From positions 348 through 64,347 of the forward strand of contig JAPLDU010000087.1 in NCBI GenBank assembly GCA_026391255.1: DNA of 64,000 nt, in the 5' to 3' direction. This document shows positions 1 through 9,783 of the stretch, one piece after another; positions within the stretch are counted from its first letter, which is position 1, and every line of letters starts with the position of its first letter. Source of the DNA: Bacteroidia bacterium. Lineage in GTDB: Bacteria > Bacteroidota > Bacteroidia > Bacteroidales > JAPLDU01. Made by a program: the position numbers and the translations under genes. Below the pieces are notes generated by a model that was not told where the DNA came from, searched no databases, and saw nothing but the letters and a program-made list of their open reading frames with translations.

Positions 1-68
1 TAACATCATAAATCTAAAATCGTTAATCGATATTCGTCAATAATAATTTTGAATATTATGGACAGTCT
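1..68 (-). mobile_element. Window-truncated copy of the ~160-bp palindromic MITE-like element, family 2
   Basis: The reverse complement of 1-68 aligns with the left half of the copies at 25495-25656 and 30605-30764 (gtctgtccataat...ttgacgaatatcgattaacgattttagattt). Confidence 0.7.
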
Positions 69-96
69 CAAATCAGAACAAGAAGGAATATTCATT

Positions 97-1023
97 TTAT
101 TGAGGCCTTACAAGCGACTTGATATAATCAGAAATCTTATCAATATCCTGGTCGCTTATTTTATTTTTGAACGATGGCATGATGCCGAGATTGAAACCTT
201 TTACTATATCAGCATTGGGATCAACAATTGATTTGTAAATATAGTCTTTGTCAACGGTGATCTCATGTTCTTTACCTGCCGAAATCACTGTCTTTTTCAC
301 CCCGAAGGATCCTCTGAAACTCGGGCCGACTAATTTTGTGCCGTCGGTTGAATGACATCCTATACATCCGTTGTCTTTGATCAGTTGGTATCCCTGTTCA
401 ACAGGACTGGCACTGGCGCTTGCCCCGGCGTTCAGCCAGATATTGAATGAATCCTCGGGCATTACATTTACCTGGGTGATCATGTAAGAGTGACGCATCC
501 CGCAATATTCAGCACACATAACATCATACGTGCCCGGATGTTCAGGTATGAACCACAGGTAATTGTTTTTGCCGGGAACCGCATCTTCTTTTATTCTGAA
601 TGCAGGAATGTACAGACTGTGTATCACATCTTCCGACATCAGGTTAATTTTTACCGGTTTACCAAATGGAACATAAAGCTTGTCGCTAACCTTTCCGTTG
701 TTATAGGCAAACGACCAGGTCCACATTCGCCCGATGGCTTTGATCTCCATGGCATCTTTGGGTACATTCCGCATAGGTTCAAAACCTGTCCAGCCATAAT
801 AGAACATGATCATCACAAGAATGATGGGCACCAGTGTCCAGGTAATCTCCAGGGCATTGCTGCTTTTCACCTGAGTGGCAACAGGGTTTCTTTTCCTGTT
901 GTACCTGATCAGGAAATATATCATAATGCTAGTGATCAGTACCAGCAGGAACAGTGAAATACCGAATATAATGGTGAAAGCAAGGTCGGTACTTCTTACA
1001 TAATTTGATGCACCTGAAAACAT
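97..1023 (-). CDS. coxB: Cytochrome c oxidase subunit II with fused C-terminal monohaem cytochrome c domain (caa3-type)
   Basis: Two N-terminal TM helices. CuA motif HSLYIP...CAEYCGMRHSYM. C-terminal CIGCH haem motif. Confidence 0.9.
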   Translation of the reverse strand: MFSGASNYVRSTDLAFTIIFGISLFLLVLITSIMIYFLIRYNRKRNPVATQVKSSNALEITWTLVPIILVMIMFYYGWTGFEPMRNVPKDAMEIKAIGRMWTWSFAYNNGKVSDKLYVPFGKPVKINLMSEDVIHSLYIPAFRIKEDAVPGKNNYLWFIPEHPGTYDVMCAEYCGMRHSYMITQVNVMPEDSFNIWLNAGASASASPVEQGYQLIKDNGCIGCHSTDGTKLVGPSFRGSFGVKKTVISAGKEHEITVDKDYIYKSIVDPNADIVKGFNLGIMPSFKNKISDQDIDKISDYIKSLVRPQ

Positions 1024-1063
1024 AGATGTCAGATTAATATATTAGTAAAACTCATGTTATTTA

Positions 1064-1412
1064 GAATCAGGAATCAAGTATCAGGATTTGATACCAGTTA
1101 CTTCATCACTTCATCACCTCATCACTTCATCACCTCATCACTTCGTCTCTCAGTCTCTTCGTCTCACAATCGCCCATTCGCTTAGTTCGCTTAGTTCGCC
1201 CCGTCTCTCAGTCTCTCAGTCGCCCATTCGCTTAGTTCGCTTAGTTCGCCCCGTCTCTCAGTCTCTTCGTTTCTCAGTCTACCCGTTGCCCCATCGCTTA
1301 GTTCGCTCAGTTCGCCCCGTCGCTCAGTCTCTTCGTTTCTCAGTCTACCCGTTGCCCCATCGCTTAGTTCGCTTAGTTCGCTCAGTTCGCCCCGTCGCTT
1401 CGTTCGCCTTCT
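1064..1412 (+). repeat. Composite minisatellite, locus 1 (ATCAGGA/ATCAAGT, TCATCAC, TCTCTCAGT, CGCTTAGTT/CGCCCCGT modules, with 66-75-bp higher-order duplications)
   Basis: Visible tandem words. The unit ccgtc.ctcagtctcttcgtttctcagtctacccgttgccccatcgcttagttcgc occurs twice (about 1251-1316 and 1317-1391). Confidence 0.9.
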
Positions 1413-1414
1413 GC

Positions 1415-1699
1415 CTATCTCGCTGAATAATCTAGAAATAATGCGATCAGTATAAGAATGAAAATTACCCCGGCGATTCCAACCATTAACTTCAGCATCC
1501 TGCTTTCAAATTTCAGATGCATGAAGTTTGTAATTACCAGGTAGCTTTTTGTAGAAGCTATCAGCAGTGCAATGATCACTGTCACTGATCTGAAATTGAA
1601 TTGGGCAACGCTGATGGTCACAAATGTAAGTATCAGCAGATCAATCCAGATAAGAGTATTTTTATCCAGACCGACAATATGTCTTTTTTCTTCTTCCAT
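1415..1699 (-). CDS. Prokaryotic cytochrome c oxidase subunit IV family protein (CtaF/CyoD-like)
   Basis: 94 aa with 3 predicted TM helices. Motif IASTKSYLVITNFMHLKFE resembles the IAxxKAxLVxxxFMHL signature of the COX4_pro family. Sits in a cox context. Confidence 0.6.
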   Translation of the reverse strand: MEEEKRHIVGLDKNTLIWIDLLILTFVTISVAQFNFRSVTVIIALLIASTKSYLVITNFMHLKFESRMLKLMVGIAGVIFILILIALFLDYSAR

Positions 1700-1822
1700 T
1701 GTTCTGAAAGTTTAAACTGTTTTGAATTTATTTTTCAGTCCTGTCAGGCATGAGCCGAATCATTGCAGTCTGTGGTTTTATAAAAATATGAACTCTTAAA
1801 ATTAAAACATAGTTATTCAATT

Positions 1823-3943
1823 CTATTCTTTCACAAACCTTGTAACTTCTATCTTGTCGTTAAAATTCAACTTTAAGATATAAATACCTTTTGCAAACCG
1901 GCTTGTATTGATCTCAGTAATTTGCTTTTGAGTAACTTGTTGCAATATCATTTGTCCCTGAATATTATAAACTGAAATGAGAAAATCTTTGATCGGAAGT
2001 AATGTCTCAATTGTAATATTATTTTCTGTTGGATTAGGATAAATAATAGTGCTGTTGTTGTCAGAAATCTCTTCAATTGAAATATCCGTAATAGTAATAA
2101 TATTGGATGTATCGGATATGCAACCGCTGATAGTAACAATATCAGAATAGTCACCATTTGTTACGGGAGTATAATTTTGACCCGTAGCAGCCATAATAGC
2201 GCTGTTATTCAGGTACCATTGATTACCCACCACAGAGTTGGAATGAAGTTGTATTCCGTTAATGCTTATTACCGGTGCTGCAGGAACTGGGTTCACGGTC
2301 ATATAAACAGCATTTGATGTGGCAGGCGAGCCAGTTAAACAGGGTGTGGCATTGGAAGTCAGCATACAAGTGATAATATTCCCATTTGTAAGTGCAGTAC
2401 TGTGGTAGGTTGTAAGTGTAGCACCGTTGATATTTATCCCGTTCTTCTTCCATTGATATAATGGTGCTGTGCCTCCGTTCACCGGGGTTGCAGTGAATAC
2501 AACGTTGGTGCCGGCACATATCGCTCCTGAAGGTGAAGAAGAAATACTCACACTTGCAACTGTTGCAGAAGTTACTATCATGTTTATTGGATTTGAAGTT
2601 GCAGGACTTCCCAGTGTACAAAAACTATTAGATGTTAATAAACAGGTAATACTATTACCGTTTGTCAGGCTGTTGCTGCTATATGTTGATCCTGTGGCCC
2701 CATTGATATTGGTGCCGTTTTTCTTCCATTGATATAATGGGGTCGACCCTCCGTTTACCGGAGTTGCTGTAAATGTTACATTAGTACCAGGACAAATGGC
2801 ACCTGTTGGATTTGCCGAAATGCTGACACTTGCTGTAACGGGTTGAATTATTGTTATTATTACAGGATTGGAAGTGGCGGGTGATCCTGTAAGGCATGGA
2901 CCGGAATCTGACGTCATTATGCAGGTTATAATGTCACCGTTTGAAAGTAATGCACTGCTATAATCAGCATTTGTTTCACCGTTAATTACCGTATCATTTT
3001 TCAGCCATTGATACGTAGGAATTCCCCCATTCACAGGTGTGGCAGTAAATGTAACCAGTGTTCCCACACAAACAATATCACCGGGGTTTGCCACAATGGA
3101 AACATCAGCAGGTAATGAAGGACTAACTGTAACTGTTATCGTATCGGAAGTTGCAGGTGAACCTGATATACAGAATGCATTACTGGTAACCACACAGGTA
3201 ACTAAATCATTGTTAACCAATGTTGATGAATTGTACGTTGAGTCAGTGGCACCAGAAATGATAATACCGTTTAATATCCATTGGTATGTTGGCGAATTTC
3301 CGCCATTGATATCATTGGCAACAAAATGTACATTTTCCCCTTCACATATCGGTCCGGTTGGATTAGCCTCAATGTTTACAGTTAATGGTAAAGGATCAGT
3401 GACAGTTGTAAAGATTGTATCTGAGATGGCTGGAGAACCCGTCACACAGGCAGCATTGCTTGTAATTATACAAACAATTGCATCATTGTTATTGAGTGTT
3501 TGTGAAGTAAAAGTTGAATTTGTTTCTCCGGAAATGAGATTTCCATTTTTTGCCCACTGATAAGTTGGTGAATCGCCACCATTAACCGGTGATGCAGTGA
3601 AAGAAACACCGGACCCTGCACATATGACACCGCTTTGGTCCTGAGAAATACTAACCCCTGCAGTTAAAATTGGATTCACAGTGATTGAGGAATTTGATGA
3701 CGCTCCTTCACCACAGGCGTTTGAACCTTTTACAACTAAGTTACCTGAAACAGCAGTCAATTCATAGTCTACACTAATGCTGTTGGTTGTGCTGCTTCCG
3801 GAAGCACCGGCAAGGAAGTAATTTGATAAGCCACATTGGTTTGTCCCTGGCACATAATAGTATCGCCAGTGATCAGACCCGGCTGGGAAGGAGGATAATT
3901 CCCGACGGTCACGGAAAATGATGATGGTGTGCCGTTTCCACAT
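1823..3943 (-). CDS. C-terminal portion of a giant T9SS-secreted adhesin-like protein (five or more ~82-aa Ig-like repeats plus T9SS C-terminal sorting domain); probably one gene with 3769-7014
   Basis: Repeats of the type SPTYQW.KNG..I.G.T...Y.S..L.N.D.I.C..TS...C..GSPA.S. C-terminus IYPNPTENNITIE...KGIYILKLNF is T9SS CTD-like. The first ~60 codons of this ORF overlap the end of the upstream ORF in another frame. Confidence 0.75.
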   Translation of the reverse strand: MWKRHTIIIFRDRRELSSFPAGSDHWRYYYVPGTNQCGLSNYFLAGASGSSTTNSISVDYELTAVSGNLVVKGSNACGEGASSNSSITVNPILTAGVSISQDQSGVICAGSGVSFTASPVNGGDSPTYQWAKNGNLISGETNSTFTSQTLNNNDAIVCIITSNAACVTGSPAISDTIFTTVTDPLPLTVNIEANPTGPICEGENVHFVANDINGGNSPTYQWILNGIIISGATDSTYNSSTLVNNDLVTCVVTSNAFCISGSPATSDTITVTVSPSLPADVSIVANPGDIVCVGTLVTFTATPVNGGIPTYQWLKNDTVINGETNADYSSALLSNGDIITCIMTSDSGPCLTGSPATSNPVIITIIQPVTASVSISANPTGAICPGTNVTFTATPVNGGSTPLYQWKKNGTNINGATGSTYSSNSLTNGNSITCLLTSNSFCTLGSPATSNPINMIVTSATVASVSISSSPSGAICAGTNVVFTATPVNGGTAPLYQWKKNGININGATLTTYHSTALTNGNIITCMLTSNATPCLTGSPATSNAVYMTVNPVPAAPVISINGIQLHSNSVVGNQWYLNNSAIMAATGQNYTPVTNGDYSDIVTISGCISDTSNIITITDISIEEISDNNSTIIYPNPTENNITIETLLPIKDFLISVYNIQGQMILQQVTQKQITEINTSRFAKGIYILKLNFNDKIEVTRFVKE

Positions 3944-6900
3944 TGATTACTTCCGCTCACGGTAATATTCCCGGATTGGGCAGAGGAGCTGAAATTGACC
4001 GGAATACTAACGGTATTTCCTGAACCGGTCACACCAGACGGGAATGTCCATGTATATGAATTCACATCTGTTATAGGTGAAGTATTGTATTGTAACCCGT
4101 TAAGTCCGGGACAAATCTCAGAGTAGCCGGTGATTGGGTTTGCTGTACCAGGTACAGTGTGAACATTAAGTTGTACTGAATTGCTGTTAGTTGTGCCATA
4201 TGCATTGGTGACCTTACAGAAATAATAACCTGAATCCTGATATTGAATATTGTTTAAATTCAGGATGTTACTGGTCTGTCCTGTGATTTCGTTACTATTC
4301 TTTACCCACTGGTATGATAAACCTGATCCATATGATCCCACTGAGAAACCAGCTGAATCACCCAGGCATTTAACAATGGCAACAGGTTGTAAGGTAATGA
4401 TAGGTAACATAGTAACATAGATTGTCACTTTTTTGGCGAAAGGCTGAGGATTAGGAAATACTGTACTGTTATGGACAGTAATATAATAGAAATAATTTGA
4501 ATTTAAAACAGGAGTGGTAAATGAACTGCCGGTAAATACATGAGTGGTAAGGGCAAGATCTGAGTACCACTCGAAAACAGGGCTGGATATGGTTGAGCTT
4601 TGGGCTGTAAGTGTTACGGCGCTTCCAGCATAAATTGTAGTATCATTGATTAATATGTTGGATGCAATTGCATATGGGACCTCCACAGCCCCCACACAGG
4701 GAGGATTGGCCCTGACAACCCCTCTTTGATCAGTGAGACCAGCATAGGCAGGGTTTCCTTTTCCTACAGCCGGGTTTTGAAAATTATAAACTGTTAACAT
4801 ACAAGTCTTTGAATGCCCGCCATTATCGGACAGATTGCTGATCCAGTTTGACATTCCTGGCAACCCTGTTGTTGTTGTACCATTATCATCGTAATATGTT
4901 GAAGATGAACCGGAATTTAATATTGAATTCCTGATGTTATTTGGGATACCAGGTATATAGTTATATATCAATGAATTATAAAGATATAGTTGTGCACCTC
5001 CATTATTAACTAATTGCGATATTGTCGAATTCGATATCCTGAGCAAATAATTAGTTGAGTTATATATTTGAATGTCCGTACTATTATTATTATTCCAAAA
5101 AGTGCAGTTATCAATTGAAAGGGTAGCAGAAGTAACGTATAACGTACTTAAATAACCCGAATGATTACTTATAGTACTGGATATGAGTTCAAGAGAACCA
5201 AAAGCCGCATAAATAGCATTTGCATCAATAGTAGAACCATTCAATGTTAAGGTACAATGAGATATAGTCAAGTTGCAATTATAAGAATAAATTGCCCCTC
5301 CATGCCCCGACCCTAATATATATGAATGGCAATAATTTCTTTCTAAAATGGAGTTTTGTATTACAAGTGAGCAGTTAATGGCATATATTCCTCCTCCATT
5401 GTAATCAGTAGTTTCAGTACCACTAGCATATCCAAGTGTTATTTTAAAACCGTCTACCAAGGATGGACCACCATTCCCTGAAATTGCCCAAACCACATGA
5501 TAACAATTATCAAGACTGTCACCAGGGCCAATGTTTCCGCTCATGATAGTCAGGTTAGAATAAGGATCACGGGTGACTGATAATGATGTGCTGAGATTAT
5601 TCCCGTTAGCCGTAGCCGGATATCCTCCTAATAGTTTGACTCCCTGAATCAGATGAAAACAGTAGGTTCTGACATCAGTAGGTGAGGTATTATTATTATT
5701 ATCACGTGTTGGTAAATATGTTCCGGCGGCAATATGAACAGTATCACCAACGGCAACATTGAAAAGTAAGGCAGACAGGTCCTGTACCGCATTATTCCAG
5801 CAGTTTCCGCTTGCTGTATTATTTCCGTCTGATTTTACAAACCAGTGGTCCGTATGTCTGGTAGTGAAAGATATTGTGGAACATCCTGTACCGAATCCTG
5901 TTGGATTTTTTGGAACTATTTTCCAATAATAAGTTGTATTGGACAACAGATCAACAATATTATAACTGGTATTTGAAGTGCTGTCATAAAAAGGAGGGTC
6001 GGGACTTGTTCCAAAATACAGGTAATAATAAGTAGTGTATGGAACAGAGCTCCAGCTCAAATTCTGGTACGTAAGTGCATTGATTGTGGAATCAGGTGGT
6101 GTGTAGGTGGCAGGACAAGCAGAACCCGTGGTAAATGTACGGGTGGTACATCCGTTGGCTGTGCCGTTGGAGTTTCTGGCTACGATCTTCCAGTAATAAG
6201 TGGTGAATTCTGAAAGCATTCCTGTATTGTAAGTGAGGCTGGTCTGATTGATGATGAAAGGAGATGTGGGATTTGTTCCGAAATATACATCATAACTGGT
6301 GGCATTACCTCCATTTGTCCATGAAAGAGTTGTATTTATTGGTAAAGAAATTGCATTATCTGCCGGTGCAGTTAAATTGGCGCAGGATGGCAGGTTGGCT
6401 GAAATTGAAAATCTGACTGTCGGCCGTTCATAAGTATAGGTTGAAACAGTTGAAGCACCGCACTGATTCACCGTATTATCTACTCCTATTACATAGCTTG
6501 TGAAACCGGGATCATTAATGTAAATGGAAGCATTGGGGTTAGTTGCACTGGGAGTAGTGATACTATTACAAATATCAATGATTATATTCGAAAAACCATC
6601 CCATTGGAATGATGTTGAAAATGTATGTGTGTTCCAGCCGGTACTAACCGAATACGAGGCATATGTCTTGACTTGCGTTAATCCTGTATTGGAAAAAGTT
6701 GAAATCCAGGTAGATGATGTCTGTTTCATTTTAATAGTATAACCGGGAAGCGGACTACTATTATTTATTGCCACCACATCAAAAGCTATTGAGGTGATAT
6801 TTCCCCCGACAGGAGCACCAGCACTGATTAATTCAGATGCCAGTACCAGAATCTGCTGGTGTGTACTGGCATATTGCCTGGAATATGCAGTCGGAATTTG

Positions 6901-7014
6901 TGTACCGGTATTATAGCTGATAGTTGAACCTACAGTGACTGTCTGGGATTGCACAGTATTAGTGCAGCATATTATAAATAAGAATGCAGTTAAGGAAACA
7001 ATAATCTTTTTCAT
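3769..7014 (-). CDS. N-terminal portion of a giant secreted adhesin-like protein (signal peptide, two FN3-like modules, parallel beta-helix repeats, Ig I-set-like and PKD-like modules)
   Basis: Signal peptide MKKIIVSLTAFLFIICCTNTVQSQ. Two FN3-like modules of the form SW......Y.VYFGT.P.........Y......TTYYWKIV..N. Beta-helix-type repeats GGGIYAINCSLVIQNSILERN / GGAIYSYNCNLTISHCTL. Ig-like YQWVKNSNEITGQT...DSGYYFCKVTNAYG. Confidence 0.75.
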   Translation of the reverse strand: MKKIIVSLTAFLFIICCTNTVQSQTVTVGSTISYNTGTQIPTAYSRQYASTHQQILVLASELISAGAPVGGNITSIAFDVVAINNSSPLPGYTIKMKQTSSTWISTFSNTGLTQVKTYASYSVSTGWNTHTFSTSFQWDGFSNIIIDICNSITTPSATNPNASIYINDPGFTSYVIGVDNTVNQCGASTVSTYTYERPTVRFSISANLPSCANLTAPADNAISLPINTTLSWTNGGNATSYDVYFGTNPTSPFIINQTSLTYNTGMLSEFTTYYWKIVARNSNGTANGCTTRTFTTGSACPATYTPPDSTINALTYQNLSWSSVPYTTYYYLYFGTSPDPPFYDSTSNTSYNIVDLLSNTTYYWKIVPKNPTGFGTGCSTISFTTRHTDHWFVKSDGNNTASGNCWNNAVQDLSALLFNVAVGDTVHIAAGTYLPTRDNNNNTSPTDVRTYCFHLIQGVKLLGGYPATANGNNLSTSLSVTRDPYSNLTIMSGNIGPGDSLDNCYHVVWAISGNGGPSLVDGFKITLGYASGTETTDYNGGGIYAINCSLVIQNSILERNYCHSYILGSGHGGAIYSYNCNLTISHCTLTLNGSTIDANAIYAAFGSLELISSTISNHSGYLSTLYVTSATLSIDNCTFWNNNNSTDIQIYNSTNYLLRISNSTISQLVNNGGAQLYLYNSLIYNYIPGIPNNIRNSILNSGSSSTYYDDNGTTTTGLPGMSNWISNLSDNGGHSKTCMLTVYNFQNPAVGKGNPAYAGLTDQRGVVRANPPCVGAVEVPYAIASNILINDTTIYAGSAVTLTAQSSTISSPVFEWYSDLALTTHVFTGSSFTTPVLNSNYFYYITVHNSTVFPNPQPFAKKVTIYVTMLPIITLQPVAIVKCLGDSAGFSVGSYGSGLSYQWVKNSNEITGQTSNILNLNNIQYQDSGYYFCKVTNAYGTTNSNSVQLNVHTVPGTANPITGYSEICPGLNGLQYNTSPITDVNSYTWTFPSGVTGSGNTVSIPVNFSSSAQSGNITVSGSNQCGNGTPSSFSVTVGNYPPSQPGLITGDTIMCQGQTNVAYQITSLPVLPEAAQPTALV

Positions 7015-7319
7015 AATTATTGAGTATTAAATAAGCTAATACAAATAAACTTAAAATTTATCAAATCGTGAAAAGTAAAAATTCAAAAAGGTGTATTAAA
7101 TAATCAGGGATTGCTACTAATCAGATAATTTAATTTTTAACTCAAAGGACGCAATTGACGCAATAGTAATTTGTATAAAAATCTAACATACAATATTATA
7201 TATCATTATTAACACTTCTAATCTCTGTTATTAATCATTAGCGCCTTTGGCGTCTTTTGCGTTAAAATTTATTGATAAAATTGTAATAGATAATTTAAGT
7301 TGACAAATTTAACCGTCTT

Positions 7320-7946
7320 TTAAATGATTAAATAAAACAAAGGGAACAGGAAAATCCAGATAATATCTACCAGGTGCCAGTACAGGCCGCTGTTTTCGAG
7401 CAAAGTATATCTCACCGGGTTCACTTTACCTTTCTTAATATACCTGAGAATGAACCCGATAAAAACAGCTCCTACGATTACATGCACACCATGCAGACCT
7501 GTCATGAAAAAGTACAGGATAAAGAACAATGATTCACCATGACTGAGTTTATAGAATTCTTCCATTCCGGGAAACAGGCCGTGATGAAATTTTGTTTGCC
7601 ATTCAAAAAATTTATTCACAAGAAAAATAATGGCACATAAAATGGTTAAGAGTAACAGGGTCCTTGCCTGCTTTACTTTACCTTTCTGCATTGACGACAC
7701 AGCCATTGCCACGAAGTAACTACTGGTCAGAAGGATAATTGTATTGATGGCGCCGATTACCACATTCAGTTTGATTGATCCTTCGTGAAAATCAACCGGG
7801 TGCATATTTCTGTACACAGCGTAAACCAGGAATAATCCTCCGAAGAGGATAACCTCTGTGAACAGGAAAATCCACATTCCCATCCTTTGTCCTTCATCAT
7901 CGCGATGTTCAGTCAAATGAACATGATTTGACGGTTCAATTTCCAT
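7320..7946 (-). CDS. coxC: Cytochrome c oxidase subunit III
   Basis: Five TM helices. Typical motifs GLHGVHVIVG and YWHLVDIIWIFLFPLFYL. Confidence 0.9.
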   Translation of the reverse strand: MEIEPSNHVHLTEHRDDEGQRMGMWIFLFTEVILFGGLFLVYAVYRNMHPVDFHEGSIKLNVVIGAINTIILLTSSYFVAMAVSSMQKGKVKQARTLLLLTILCAIIFLVNKFFEWQTKFHHGLFPGMEEFYKLSHGESLFFILYFFMTGLHGVHVIVGAVFIGFILRYIKKGKVNPVRYTLLENSGLYWHLVDIIWIFLFPLFYLII

Positions 7947-8124
7947 TTCTTTACCTGATATTTATTGATTCATATTATTGCAGTCTTTCTGATAGGCTTA
8001 TTTCAATTCTTTGTCTTTGTCCTTGTTCTAGTCTTTGTCCTTGTCTGTTTTCTGACTAAGTCAAAGACTAAGATTAAGACTAATTTTATTCATTTTTAAT
8101 CCCCCTGGCGATTTGATTCATTGA

Positions 8125-9732
8125 TTAATAGTTGTACGGTGCTTCGGTAACAGTTGGTATGGTTTCAAAATTTTCTTGTGATGGAGGTGATTCCGTTTGC
8201 CATTCAAGTGTTTTTCCATTCCATATGTTATCTGTGGCTGGCTGTCCTTTTCTTACCCCTTTCACCAGGTTATAAAATATTATAAATAGACCAGTTGCCA
8301 GTATCCATGAACCAACAGTAGAGAGCCTGTTGAGGTTGGTGAACTGAGGCAGATAATCATAATAACGACGGGGCATTCCTTCGATACCCATGATGAACAT
8401 AGGAATGTAAAGCAGGTTAAAACCAACAAAGAGGATGGCCCAACCAATGATGGCAGTTTTAAAGTTGTAAATCTTGCCGTAAATTTTGGGAAACCAATAG
8501 TGAACGGCTCCCAGGAAAGCAAATCCTGTTCCTCCGAACATGGTAAAATGAAAATGTGCTACCACAAAAGAGGTTGCATGAACATGAATATCGGTAGCCA
8601 GCGCTCCCACAACCAGACCGGTAAGTCCGCCAATCATAAACAGAAAAATGAAAGACAGGGCGTAAACAAGAGGCGGTTTCAGATCAATGGAACCTTTGTA
8701 CATTGTGGCAACCCAGTTAAAAATTTTAACACCGCTTGGAACAGCAACCAGGAATGTGATAAATGAAAAAACAACTCTGGCGGTATCACTCATACCTGAT
8801 GTAAACATGTGATGACCCCAGACAAAATAACCTACAAAAGCAATGGCAAGTCCTGAGACCACGATAGCTTTGTACCCGTAAATATATTTACGGACAAACA
8901 CCGGTATGATTTCCGAAACAACTCCCATGGCAGGTAAGACCATTACATAAACCGCAGGATGTGAATATATCCAGAACAGGTGTTGGTAGAGGATAGGGTC
9001 GCCGCCAATGGCCGGGTCGAAAAAGCCGACACCAAGTGTACGTTCCACAACGATCATCAGAAGGGTGATCCCGACAATGGGAGTGGCAAGCACCTGTATC
9101 CAGGCGGTGGCATAAAGCGACCATGGAAAAAGAGGCATTTTGAACCAGCTCATACCCGGGCAACGCATGCGGTGAATGGTGGTGAGAAAATTCACACCGG
9201 TGAGGATGGATGAAAATCCGAGAACAAACGCAGCAAGTACGGCAACTGTGACATTAGTGCCTGTTTTAATGCTGTAGGGAGCATAAAAAGTCCATCCGGT
9301 ATCGGCAGGTCCATGTCCGAACAATAAGGTTGACAAAGCAAGTAATCCACCAAGGACATACAGGTACCATGACAAGAGGTTTATTTTGGGAAATGAAACA
9401 TCCTTTGCCCCGATCAGCAATGGTAGGGTGAAATTACCGATGGATGCTGGAATTCCGGGAATAATAAACAAAAAGATCATGATAACACCATGCAGGGTGA
9501 AGACCTGGTTGTATGTCTGTGCTTTCATGATGGTCTCACCAGGGGCTATCAGTTCAAGTTTCATGGCAAGTCCGAGTAAAACACCAACTATAAAGAAAGT
9601 GGCTATTGAATACAAATATAATAGCCCAATTTTCTTGTGGTCGGTTGAAGTTATCCACGACAGGATTCCTGTGTATTTACCGGTAGGCTCGCGAAAACTT
9701 GGCTGTTTTCTTATGGCAGCTTGTTCTGTCAT
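8125..9732 (-). CDS. ctaD: Cytochrome c oxidase subunit I (haem-copper oxidase catalytic subunit)
   Basis: 535 aa with 12 TM helices. Motifs LFWIYSHPAVYVMVLP, WGHHMFTSG and VAHFHFTMFGG (haem a/a3 and CuB His ligands). Confidence 0.95.
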   Translation of the reverse strand: MTEQAAIRKQPSFREPTGKYTGILSWITSTDHKKIGLLYLYSIATFFIVGVLLGLAMKLELIAPGETIMKAQTYNQVFTLHGVIMIFLFIIPGIPASIGNFTLPLLIGAKDVSFPKINLLSWYLYVLGGLLALSTLLFGHGPADTGWTFYAPYSIKTGTNVTVAVLAAFVLGFSSILTGVNFLTTIHRMRCPGMSWFKMPLFPWSLYATAWIQVLATPIVGITLLMIVVERTLGVGFFDPAIGGDPILYQHLFWIYSHPAVYVMVLPAMGVVSEIIPVFVRKYIYGYKAIVVSGLAIAFVGYFVWGHHMFTSGMSDTARVVFSFITFLVAVPSGVKIFNWVATMYKGSIDLKPPLVYALSFIFLFMIGGLTGLVVGALATDIHVHATSFVVAHFHFTMFGGTGFAFLGAVHYWFPKIYGKIYNFKTAIIGWAILFVGFNLLYIPMFIMGIEGMPRRYYDYLPQFTNLNRLSTVGSWILATGLFIIFYNLVKGVRKGQPATDNIWNGKTLEWQTESPPSQENFETIPTVTEAPYNY

Positions 9733-9783
9733 ATATTCATGTTTTTAATTTCTGGATTTAAAGCTCAAAACCATAAATATTAG

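Noticed and set aside
1064-1412. CRISPR array hypothesis for the tandem-repeat loci
   Set aside because: The periods are 7-17 bp with no unique spacers of 25-40 bp, no cas genes are nearby, and the repeats are not partially palindromic 28-37-mers.
1088-1426. 112-aa ORF (and the 60-aa ORF at 10603-10785) spanning the minisatellites
   Set aside because: The translations are periodic low-complexity strings (…HRLVRLVRPV…, …EFQSFRV…) generated by the DNA repeats. There is no start context or recognisable fold, so they were treated as non-coding repeats.
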